From: Chiloscyllium plagiosum
Lineage: Eukaryota
NCBI RefSeq assembly: GCF_004010195.1
Contig: NC_057711.1
Coordinates: 81,779,238 to 81,829,016, forward strand
Direction: 5' to 3'
Length of the DNA stretch: 49,779 bases
Shown here: positions 40,530-49,779 of the stretch, piece after piece
Layout: every line of letters starts with the position of its first letter
How positions within the stretch are numbered: position 1 is the first letter of the stretch
Position numbers and translations under genes: made by a program
Notes under the pieces: generated by a model
Databases searched by the model: none
Seen by the model: only the letters and a program-made list of their open reading frames with translations
What the model was told of the DNA's origin: nothing

Positions 40530-41920
40530 AGTAGCTACAGAGACAGATTCTGGAAAAGTCCCAGAGGATTAGAAAACCGCCAAGATAATGCCTGCATTCA
40601 AAATGGGAAGGAGACAAAGACAAAGGTAACCATAGGCCAGTTACCTTAACGTCAGTTATTGGGAAGTCCATTACAAAAGGATATAATAGAGCATTTAGAA
40701 ATACATAATATGATCAAGCAAAGTCAGCATAGCTTCATGAAGGGGATATGATGCCTGACAAATTTATTAGAATTCTTTGGGGATGGAACAAACAAAATAA
40801 AGGGGAAGCAGTAACTGGAATATATTTGGATCTTTAGAAGGCATTTGCTAAGGTACTTCACATTAACCTACTTAATAGGAGCCTGTGACATTGGGGGCAG
40901 TATATTAGCATAGATAGAGGACTGGTTAAACATTAGAAGTCAGAGGATTTGGATAAGAGGGGCATTTTAAGGATGGCAACTGTAACTATGAAGTGTTACA
41001 GTGATTCAGTGCTGGGGAAGCCACAATTATTTGCACTATATATGAATGACTTCAATTAGGAAAATGAATGTATTATAGCCAAATTTGTAGATGACAAAAA
41101 TAAGTGGGAAGGAGGATAACTCAAAGAATGCTGGTAGGAATAATCTTAGCCAATGGAATAACACTGGAGGAAAATGTGAGGTTATACATTTTGGCAGGAA
41201 GAACTGAGTTGATATTATTAAAATGGAGAAGTGCTGCAGAAAGCTACAGGAGGATGATTTGGGATTCCTGGTGCAAAAATCACAAAATGCTAGCATTCAA
41301 GTTCAGCAGGTAATGGGGAAGACAAATGGAATATTGACATTTATATCAAACTGAATTCAATATAAAAGTAGGGAGGCTTTGCTATACAAGGCACTAGCCT
41401 GAGCAAAGAAAGAATACATGAACAATTTTGGTCCTCTTATCAAAGGAAATTCCACTGGCATTGAAGGTTGTTCACAGAAGATTGATACCACGTATGGAAG
41501 AACTGTCTTATGAGGAGAGGTTGAGCAGGTTGGGCCTGTACTCATTGGAATATAGAAGAATGAGAAGTGGCCTTATTGAAACATACAAGATTCATACAGA
41601 GCTTGACAGGATAGATGTGAAAAGAGTCTCGGACCAGAAGATATAATTTAGATTAAAGAATCTCACTTTTAAAACAGAAATGAAGAGGATTGTTTTCTTT
41701 CAGAATGTATTGAATCTATGGAACTCTTTACCACAGAAAGCTATTGGGTTAGGTAGTTAATTACATTCAAGACTGAGAAAGCAGATTTTTAATAATCAAG
41801 GAAATCAAGGACTATGGAGAAAAGGTAGGAAACTGGATTTAGAGTTGAAGATTATCAGGTAAGCCATGAAGAGCGGAATGGGCTAAATGGTCCACTTCTG
41901 CTTCTACATTTTATGGTTTG
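40530..41920 (+). mobile_element. Decayed CR1 LINE, RT through 3' UTR
   Basis: NHRPVTLTSVIGK, CLTNLLEFF, KFVDD.K and LSYEERLSRLGLYSLEYRRMR. Confidence 0.8.
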
Positions 41921-41957
41921 TCTTGAATGCATTTGATATATTGTTTATAACTCCCTA

Positions 41958-42077
41958 GCGAGTTTTGAGAAGATTTGTAGCTCAGGATGAGGTTCTGGAT
42001 GTAGGTTTTCTCGCTGAGCTGGAAGATTCATTTTCATGAAAATGAACCTTCCAGCTCAGCAAGCAAACCTACATCCA
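41958..42077. mobile_element. Short hairpin insert, probably from a second Penelope family
   Basis: Imperfect palindrome 41996-42036/42037-42077. 11-bp TSD ataactcccta at 41947-41957 and 42077-42087. Confidence 0.65.
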
Positions 42078-42123
42078 TAACTCCCTAAAAGGAGAAAAGT
42101 TACAAATATGTATATGCTCTTAC

Positions 42124-42178
42124 CTTCAAATAAACAACACATTTTTGTTCCAGCAATTCTGCTGTATGATTCATACAT
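42124..42178 (-). CDS. Candidate first coding exon of the F-box/LRR gene (MYESYSRIAGTKMCCLFE-G)
   Basis: Strong donor GAAG|gtaaga. Phase 1 end is compatible with the 39886 exon. In-frame ATGs at 42178 and 42142 follow an in-frame TAA. No homology support. Confidence 0.3.
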
Positions 42179-42312
42179 TTACAACAAATAGAAGAACGTA
42201 ACACTGGAGAGATTAAATGAGTACACACTTTCCAATTGAAAGCTTACGGAAGTCTGAAGAAAGTTGAAGTAGATATCATTCCAGTATTGAAATAGACAAC
42301 ACAAGAAATTAT

Positions 42313-42404
42313 TAAATGGAGTTTAATTCAGATAAATGCGAGGTGCTGCATTTTGGGAAAGCAAATCTTAGCACTTATACACTTAATGGTAAGGTCCTAG
42401 GGAG
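42313..42404 (+). mobile_element. CR1 fragment interrupted by the provirus
   Basis: MEFNSDKCEVLHFGKANL..YTLNGKVLGS ends abruptly at the LTR. Confidence 0.75.
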
Positions 42405-43048
42405 TGTTGTGTAAATATATTCCTTACTTTAAAAACAGAAGGCTGGCTGTGACTCTGGATGGATTCAGCACTCAAAACCCTGTGGGGGGCGGTCACGTGA
42501 CGTCCCCATCTCGCACCCGGAAGAGTGCGGGGCGGTCACGTGGCGTCCCGTTTCGCGCCCGGAAGAGCGCGGAGCGGTCACGTGACGTCCCATTTCGCGC
42601 CCCGGAAGAGGGCGGGCGATCACGTGATGTTCCGTTTCGCGCCTCGGAAGTGGGTAGAGGTCACGTGATACTCCATTTCGTGGGCAAAGAAGGTCACGTG
42701 GAGTCGGACAGCTAGGAATGCGAGGAGGCGGGGAATGGAGTCAGACTAACACCCAATCAGAAGATAATTCTACCTCAGTGTTTATATGACGATTTTTATT
42801 GTATAAAAGACTGGGGCAGGGACAAAACGAGATCTTACTTTTTGAACTGATACACTTTGTAGTTTGTCAGGGACAAAGAGGTTTAGACCCAGAGCTCTGA
42901 ATGCTTTGTTCACTTACTGTGTAAAATAAAATTAAGAGTGTGAGACCGAATATCTTCTCCTATTGCTTCATTTAAAAGAATACGCAGGACTTGGCTCACA
43001 CATAGAAGAAAGTAAATTTAAATTGGTAGATTGAGCCAAAGTCCAACA
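42405..43048 (+). repeat. 5' LTR of the ERV
   Basis: TGTTG...CAACA termini (start could instead be the TG at 42410). CCAAT 42753, TATAAAA 42802, AATAAA 42925. Ends 3 nt before the PBS. Confidence 0.85.
42484..42700 (+). promoter_or_regulatory. U3 tandem enhancer array, ~42-bp unit, 5 full copies plus 1 partial
   Basis: CACGTG at 42494, 42537, 42579, 42621, 42662, 42695; TTTCGCGC at 42551, 42593, 42635; CGGAAG in four units. Confidence 0.8.
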
Positions 43049-43051
43049 ATT

Positions 43052-43069
43052 TGGTGACCCCGACGTGAT
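43052..43069 (+). promoter_or_regulatory. Primer binding site, tRNA-Trp
   Basis: TGGTGACCCCGACGTGAT is complementary to the 3' 18 nt of vertebrate tRNA-Trp(CCA). Confidence 0.93.
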
Positions 43070-43695
43070 GAAGACGGAGAAGTGATGGAAAGAGAAAAAT
43101 AGAAACAACAGACAACTGACGTTTGATGACAACAACAAGCGGCGCCGCATAAAAAAAAGTGAGCAGACGCCTGTTTACATCAAAGTTCTGCAATTGGAGA
43201 TACTAAATTGATTGTTGTCATTATACTGCAAGTGTCCTAGTAACAGTAAGTGGACAAAGCATTGCTAAGGTACATTAGGGTTTAAAGTCCCTCGGGGTTA
43301 GAGTCCCCATAAAAGCAACAAGGTACGTAAATGTGAGGAGGTTTAAAGTCCATTGAGCAGGATCTCATAAAAGCAATGCTCACAAATTTTGATGCATGAT
43401 TGATGTTTTGTAAGTTTTAGAAATTATATTGGGCAATGTACGGAGGGTGGAAAAAAAACCAGTAGCGTTTTGAAGACCAAGACGGTGGTGTTTCAGTGAG
43501 AGAGAGTTGGAAGTGGAAACCTAACGGTGACAACAAAACTGCTGATAAATCTCGCTGAAAGGATCAGTTGCTTGGGTGTATTTCATCCAAACTGACCAGC
43601 CACCGGCTTTGTCTTTGATTGGGTTGGTTGTTTGGTTATATTTATATCTAAACTAACTGACTACTGGACAGGAGGATTAAAATAAAATACATAAA

Positions 43696-45880
43696 ATGGA
43701 AGGGGAGTTTGATAAAGAGTGTGAAGAATATGGAGGATGTTCTTCCGATTTAATGTTGCCCGTAAAAACAGCAGTGGGGTAAAGTCAGAAGTCAGTTAGT
43801 CAGTGGGCTTGCAAAGAATAAACAAAAAGCAATGATGGAGAAATATGATAAGATTTGGGAGGAATTACAGAAACAAGGCAAAGTCCCGAATGATGAGGAG
43901 AAGAAGAAATTGTCACTGTTTTTAGGAAAAGCAGAAGAACAAGCTAAATTAGAAGTAGAAGAGCACATGAAGGGAAAGAAAGGGTCAATATTAGTTAGAA
44001 GAAAGTGGACAAAAGAAGGCGGGGAGAAAGAAGAGAGGAGGATTCATCTGCACAACATGACGTTAGCCTGTATGGCGGTAGAAACATTACAAAAGGGAGT
44101 AGGTGGTACTTTCACAACAGATTTGACAAAGGAGATAGGAAAGGCAGGACCATCTGCGCCATTATATCCTAAATTGCCTGTGGTACAATCACCGCCTCCA
44201 TATCCTGTAATACAAATGCCACTTATGTATGGGTGTTAGACATGCAAGAAGTAGGAACAAGAGAGTACAATGTAGTAAAACAGAGACTGGCGGAGGCTGT
44301 AGAAGAAAGCATTAGAAAAGTAGAAAAATTATTAGAAGTTGATCAGAGGGTTAAGGAAGCGGAGGAAGCAAATAGGGTGACAATGATGCACAGTAGGAAT
44401 AAAGAACAGCTAAAACAGGGGAGATGTGTTCCAGTACAGGAGCCAGATGTTCATTCAACACCATATAGTGCTGAGAATGAAAAGAGGGGAAGATTACATG
44501 ATTCAGGTCAGTTATTGGATGATAGGTTCTCAGACAGAAGGAGGAGAGATTTGAGGGAAGAACAGGATAGAGAGAAATTGGATGAGGAGGAGTCTAAAAG
44601 TAGTATAGATATTGAGGACGAAGAATCCCTGACAGACAATGATCCAAACACCTACCCGGTCACCTTGAAAGGCTCACTCACAATGCAGACTGAACATGGC
44701 CCTCCACTGAAGCCCCTCCCTGAACTAAGTTACGACTTGCGTCAAAGAGACACATTACGACAACCTATAAAGTATCAGCACCACCAAAGGCCATTAATTT
44801 ACAGAGGCTCTTATCTGGGGAATGTCTATCAGCCTTTTACATTTACTGACATGAACTGTATCCTGGATAAAATGCCCCCACCCATGGAGGGGGGTGGGCC
44901 CTTGATGGTAAAGTTTTCTCAATATACACTAGGGTACAAGTTAGCCATGGGCGATTGGAGAGCATTGCTGGGTAAGCAATTGAATATGTGGGAAATACAG
45001 CAGATTGAAGCGTCTGTGGGGACCACCTTATTACCTGATTCGGAACAGTTTGTGCAGCATGCCACCAGTGTGGGAAGAACAATGAGGGATAGGTTTCTGA
45101 TTCCACCGGGAGCGATGCACTCACTCACCTTCACAATGAAGGAGGGTGAGGATATGTCTGTCTTTTTTGGCTAGGTGTAAGAACACGTGGGCAGATACTG
45201 CGGGGAGCCATCCAGGGTCAGGTCAGCTACAGACCACGTTATTTAGGAATGCCGTCATGACAGGGATGCCAAAGGAAGTAAAAGAGGCAATGGAGAGTAA
45301 TCCTGACATCCCAGGTTGTTCTACAGAACAGTGGGAAAAACATTTGACGCATCACATGAAGCGTTACAGGACAAAACAGGATGAGGATAAACAGAGTAAT
45401 GAGTCAGATAAAGTGCAGTTGCTGAAGTTACAGCTCGATGAGGCTAGAAGGAAGGCTAATGATACAAAGAAGGCCTCCCAAACGACGACTAATCAGATGG
45501 TTCAGCGGCCGTTGCCACAAGACAAACTGCCAAGTTTAGATCCAACACCTGATTGGATGCCACCCTACCCCCAATATGGGGGCAGACCAATAGGTGTACC
45601 GGGAGGAATGCGTGGTAGAGGAAGGGGCCGCGGAGGACTCAGAGGTCAGCCACTCAACACCTGTTTTGAATGTGGCCAACCCGGGCATTGGAGAAGGGAT
45701 TGTCCCATGTTGTGGGGAACCCAGGGAGGCCAGGGATTGATCCGAGGACGGTATCTCTGTGCAAGTCAGCCTCCTTTTCAACAGGCTGTTCAGCCTTATC
45801 AAGTCCCAAATGCAGCTGCAGCCCCGGTGCAAGGACAGTACCCCCAAACTATGCTGGAAGGGCAGGGGTATGAATATTGA
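43696..45880 (+). pseudogene. gag: ERV gag, disrupted by 5' stops and frameshifts near 43820, 44230 and 45165
   Basis: PSAP/YPKL/PPPY late motifs at 44150-44203, capsid-like region, RG-rich tract, single CCHC knuckle CFECGQPGHWRRDC (45662-45703). Start codon inferred. Confidence 0.85.
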
Positions 45881-46230
45881 CGGGGCCTGAGAACCCAGGG
45901 GCATGTGGGGTTGCCAGACCCCTATATGCAAATGAGGGTAATGGATAAGAATCTGTCTTTTTTGGTTGACACGGGTGCAAGATTTTCTACCATCACTTGT
46001 GATATACCTCAGTCAAGCATGTCATCCTCTCGCATCCAGTTAGTAGGGTTCTCGGGTAAACCAGAAAATCTGCCTTTGACATCGCCACTGATTACATCAG
46101 TGGCCGGACAGACCTTTCGTCACCAGTATATTTCATCATCTGCATGCCCCGTGAATTTGATGGGACGTGACTTGCTGGTGAGATGCGGGGTTTCGGTTTT
46201 GTGCGGACCAGACGGACTGGTGGTGACCTT
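45881..46230 (+). pseudogene. pro: ERV aspartic protease, in frame with the gag 3' end after TGA
   Basis: FLVDTGA (Asp at 45968) and NLMGRDLL. Confidence 0.9.
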
Positions 46231-46323
46231 TCCAAATGGCCATTCCGTCAACTGTTCTATGACAATGATTCACTCTGGATCCCAAATGATATTATCACCG
46301 GACACATCACCAACGGCAGAAGG

Positions 46324-46790
46324 GCTGTGGGCAGATATATACTGGGGACTTCTCGAACCCGAAGACAGGCAAAACAACGGCATACAGTCTTTATACAGTC
46401 AATGGCGACCCTGGGTTCAGATGTTGCATCCCTATGCTCCTCCTGCAGATCCCCTTCATGTTACTTTATATTATGATAGAGATGATAATGAAATTTATCA
46501 GCATGCATTCTATCAGCACCTAGAAGGGACGCAATGGGACATTTCTTCCAGTTGCATTCTGCTTGGAAACGAAGGTGTGGCAGGTGTTGTTTAATTAACT
46601 GCAGAACAGTTGGAATGGTATGAGATGTCTGAAGAAGCTATACCTCATGTCACATTGGCCCTGCATGCTGAATATCAGGCCAAGGATCTGGGACCTATGT
46701 GCAAACGCTTGATGGTGTTAACGGACTGGGTGTGGACTCAGTTACCCGGTTTACAATATTCACCATCGGAGAAAGCCTATAGAATTATGT
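46324..46790 (+). pseudogene. Probable 2H phosphoesterase domain within Pol, between PR and RT; in-frame TAA at 46592-46594
   Basis: LHVTL (His at 46457) and PHVTL (His at 46646) lie in one frame, 63 codons apart. Boundaries approximate. Confidence 0.72.
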
Positions 46791-46889
46791 GCAGGACAAC
46801 TGACAAGGTACTGCTGGACCATAGGCAGATTGAACGGTTTCATGGTAGGGAGAAAACAGACCATCCACAGGCTGCGGCGATGCTTGACT

Positions 46890-48690
46890 CTCTACCAGAT
46901 ACCTTGTGGTCAGCAAGTTCAATGGACGTTGGGTACTGCGAACACGTCACACCAATCACATTTGATTTAATAGACCACACTCCGATTTGGCAGAGACAAT
47001 ATTCACACAAACCAGAGCCTGAAGCCGGCATTGCCGACACAATCGAAGGATTGTTAGCAGCAGGGGTGCTAGAACCCTCCCAGTCAGCTTGGAAAACACC
47101 TATCTTACCTGTAGAGAAGCAGAATACAGGCAGATATAGGATGGCGCATGATCTTCGACGGAATAATAGTGTCGTTTCTACTCCAACAGTTCCGGTTCCA
47201 AACCCCTACACTGCAATGTCTGTGCTGACCCCTGACCATAAGTGGTTCTCGTGCATTGATCTCGCCAACGCGTTCTTTTGTTTGCCCTTAGCTGATCATT
47301 TGAGGGACATTTTTTCGTTTACCTATAAAGGCCAACAATTACGTTATACAAGGGTCCCTCAAGGGTTTATTTTGTCACCTGGGGTGTTTAATCAGGTACT
47401 GAAACAGCAGCTGAAGGATCTGACGCGCCCAAAGGGGGTGGTATTGATCCAGTATGTGGATGACATTCTTTTGGCAGCACCCGACCATGTTTCTTGTTTG
47501 GAAGCCACAAAGACGTTGCTGTTTCACCTGTATAGTGTCGGCTTTAAAGTTTCACGGGTTAAATTGCAATGCTGCAGACAAACGATGTCTTTTTTGGGTA
47601 GAATTATTTCTGCTAAGGGAACAGGTGTGTCTCCGTCATATGGGGAGCTCACTTTCCCTTTAAGGGCCATGGTAAATGAGCAAGGTATGAGAAATTTGTC
47701 AGCCCATTTGCAGTGGACTACGGAGGCAGACGAAAGTTTCATATCTCTTAAACAGGCTTTAACGCGGGCTGCTGATTTAGCGGTCCCAGATTACAAAGAG
47801 CCATTTTTCCTCGATATTTCTGAAAAATTACACACAATAAATGGTGTTCTTTTTCGGAAAAAAGGGGGAGGCAGGCAGGTGCTGATGTACGTAAGTGTTA
47901 CTCTTGACCCAGTGGAGGACAGATACTTGCCATGTACAAGACATGCAGCAGGGGTAGCAAAAATTCTCCAAAAGGTAGCACATATAGTCATGGGCCATTC
48001 ATTAACAGTACTGACGACACATAGTATAGTGGCCTATGTGAACTCAACAGCCTTTACAATGACGTCAAACTAGGTTAGAGAAAATCTTGAATGCACCACA
48101 TATAATTTTTACACATGAAGGAATTAACATGGCTGATAATATGGGAGAAGGAGAGCCACACATCTGTGAGGAAAGGGTACAGAGAGATTCCAAAGTAAGG
48201 GCAGATTTACAGGCAATTCCATTAGTAGACCCAGAAGAAGTGCTGTTCACAGATGGTTGCTGTTATAGACATCCAATTGAAGGACTTAAAGCAGCCTATG
48301 CAGTGGTGCGACAGAGAAGTGAGGGATTTGAGGAACTGTTGACAGGAAAAGTGACAGGTAAAGAATCAGCCCAGTTGGCTGAACTACAGGCAATGATAGC
48401 TGCGTTAGAATGGTCAGAGGGAAAAAGAGTAAATATCTATACCGACTCTGCATATGCGGCAGGAGCTATACAGGTAGAACTTAGTCAACGGATCAGGGCA
48501 GGATTCTTAACAGCAGCAAAAACCCCAATTAAACATGAAAAAGATATGAAAAGATTAGCGGAGGCCCTGATGAAACCTGCAGATGTGGCAGTGGTCAAAT
48601 GTTGAGGACATGATAAAGCAGATACAGTAGTAGCGAAGGGTAATCAGGAAGCAGACTCAGCAGCGAAGAAAGCAGCACGGTATACACCAC
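46890..48690 (+). pseudogene. pol: ERV reverse transcriptase, tether and RNase H
   Basis: YVDD at 47453; tether PFFLDISE..; RNase H FTDG..SAQLAEL..IYTDS..GNQEAD. Frameshift near 48070 and TGA at 48603. Confidence 0.93.
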
Positions 48691-48819
48691 AGTATATAAT
48701 GGTACAAACAGAGAGAACAGTGTATGACCTGCTGCCCGCTTGCGATGCGAATGTGTTAATAAAAGAGCAGCAGAAAGCCTCTTCTCATGAACTGACAGTA
48801 TGGAGAGAGAGAGAGAGGG

Positions 48820-49779
48820 GCCACAGAGTCAGAAGGGATTTGGAGGTCACTGGATGGTAGACCAGTGCTACCCCCAGGTTTGATAGCTTCTATGCTTCAG
48901 GAGGCACATGGGCTCACACATTGTGGAAAAACACAGATGCAGAGGTATCTGATACATTGGTGGCATCCGTTCTTGCCAGCGATGATTGAAAATTATATCA
49001 GGGAATGTAGGACATGTACAGAATACAACGTGAGAGCAACAGTGAAACCACACGAGGGAAAATTCCCTCTCCCAAGAATGCCAGGTCAGGAAATAGTGAT
49101 TGACTACACTGATATGATAGAGAGAGTAAACGGTTATCGGTACCTTCTGGTAGCAGTGGATGTATACACTGGTTGGCCAGAAGCAATACCTGCGAAAAAG
49201 GAAGATGCAAAGACAGTGATCAAATTCTTGATAAACCAATCTATTCCAACGTATGGGTTTCCAAAGAAAGTCAGGTCAGATAATGGCACACATTTTAAGA
49301 ATAAAGACCTGCAAGAAGTTGAAGCAGCTTTAGGACTGAAACATGCATTTGGAATAGTGTACCATCCTCAGTCACAGAGAAAAGTGGAAAGAATGAATCA
49401 GTCCATAAAAGGAAAAATAGGAAAAGTGTGTGCACAAACAAAGTTAAGCTGGGTGGATGCCCTACCTTTAGCTTTAATGTCCATTAGAAGCTCAGTAAAC
49501 TCTATCACAGGGTTAACCCCGTATGAGCTGACAACAGGGCAGCAGTTCCCGGGACCAGGAGCTGGAATACAGATGTTAGAGGGAGGAGGAGCCTCCCTAA
49601 GGTATAAACCTTACTATGACCAACTAACAGCTTTGGTGTCAGCTTTCTCCAAACAGGTTGGACCGGAAAAGGGGGAACTACAGAGCCAGGTGCCATCTAC
49701 GACAGACTGGGTCCTGCTGAAGGTGATCAAACGGAAGTGGTCGGAGCCGAGGTGGACAGGACCTTATAAGGTGGTGGAG
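48820..49779 (+). pseudogene. pol: ERV integrase, frame open to the window end
   Basis: HGLTH..CRTC zinc finger, IVIDYT / RSDNGTHF / KVERMN (DDE), WTGPYKV. Joined to RNase H through a +4 nt GA-repeat slip at 48804-48816. Confidence 0.92.

Larger units (their letters stand above)
42405..49779 (+). mobile_element. Defective endogenous retrovirus, class I (gamma/epsilon-like, fish type); runs off the window end
   Basis: LTR-PBS-gag-pro-RT-tether-RNase H-IN order. RT motifs VPNPY, IDLANAFF, PQGF, YVDD. Confidence 0.95.

Noticed and set aside
42484..42700. CRISPR-like periodic array
   Set aside because: Whole units are similar with no unique spacers, and it lies inside a vertebrate retroviral LTR; it is a tandem enhancer.
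42404..42715. 103-aa repetitive ORF in the LTR
   Set aside because: Translation of the GC-rich tandem array from a non-ATG start; no coding evidence.
46592..46594. Second programmed readthrough stop in pol
   Set aside because: TAA-TTA is not a known readthrough context and falls between the two HxT motifs; treated as a decay mutation.

Overview
Repeat-rich vertebrate genomic DNA, most likely a shark (HE1-type SINEs, shark-type CR1/L2, L1/Tx1 and Penelope repeats; taxon is inferred), with two assembly gaps (24777-25327, 27001-27512). A minus-strand host gene encoding an F-box/leucine-rich-repeat protein can be rebuilt from five phase-compatible exons (39886 down to 551, one with a GC donor), plus a possible further exon at about 42124-42178. 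Its introns are filled with decayed LINEs, SINEs and short Penelope-derived inserts, one of which carries an apparently intact minimal hammerhead ribozyme. From about 42405 to the window end lies a plus-strand, defective class I (gamma/epsilon-like) endogenous retrovirus. It has a 5' LTR with a CpG-rich ~42-bp E-box/E2F/ETS array, an exact tRNA-Trp PBS, gag ending in a UGA-CGG readthrough-type junction, protease, an extra domain with two HVTL motifs (probable 2H phosphodiesterase), RT, tether, RNase H and integrase. env and the 3' LTR are not in the window.
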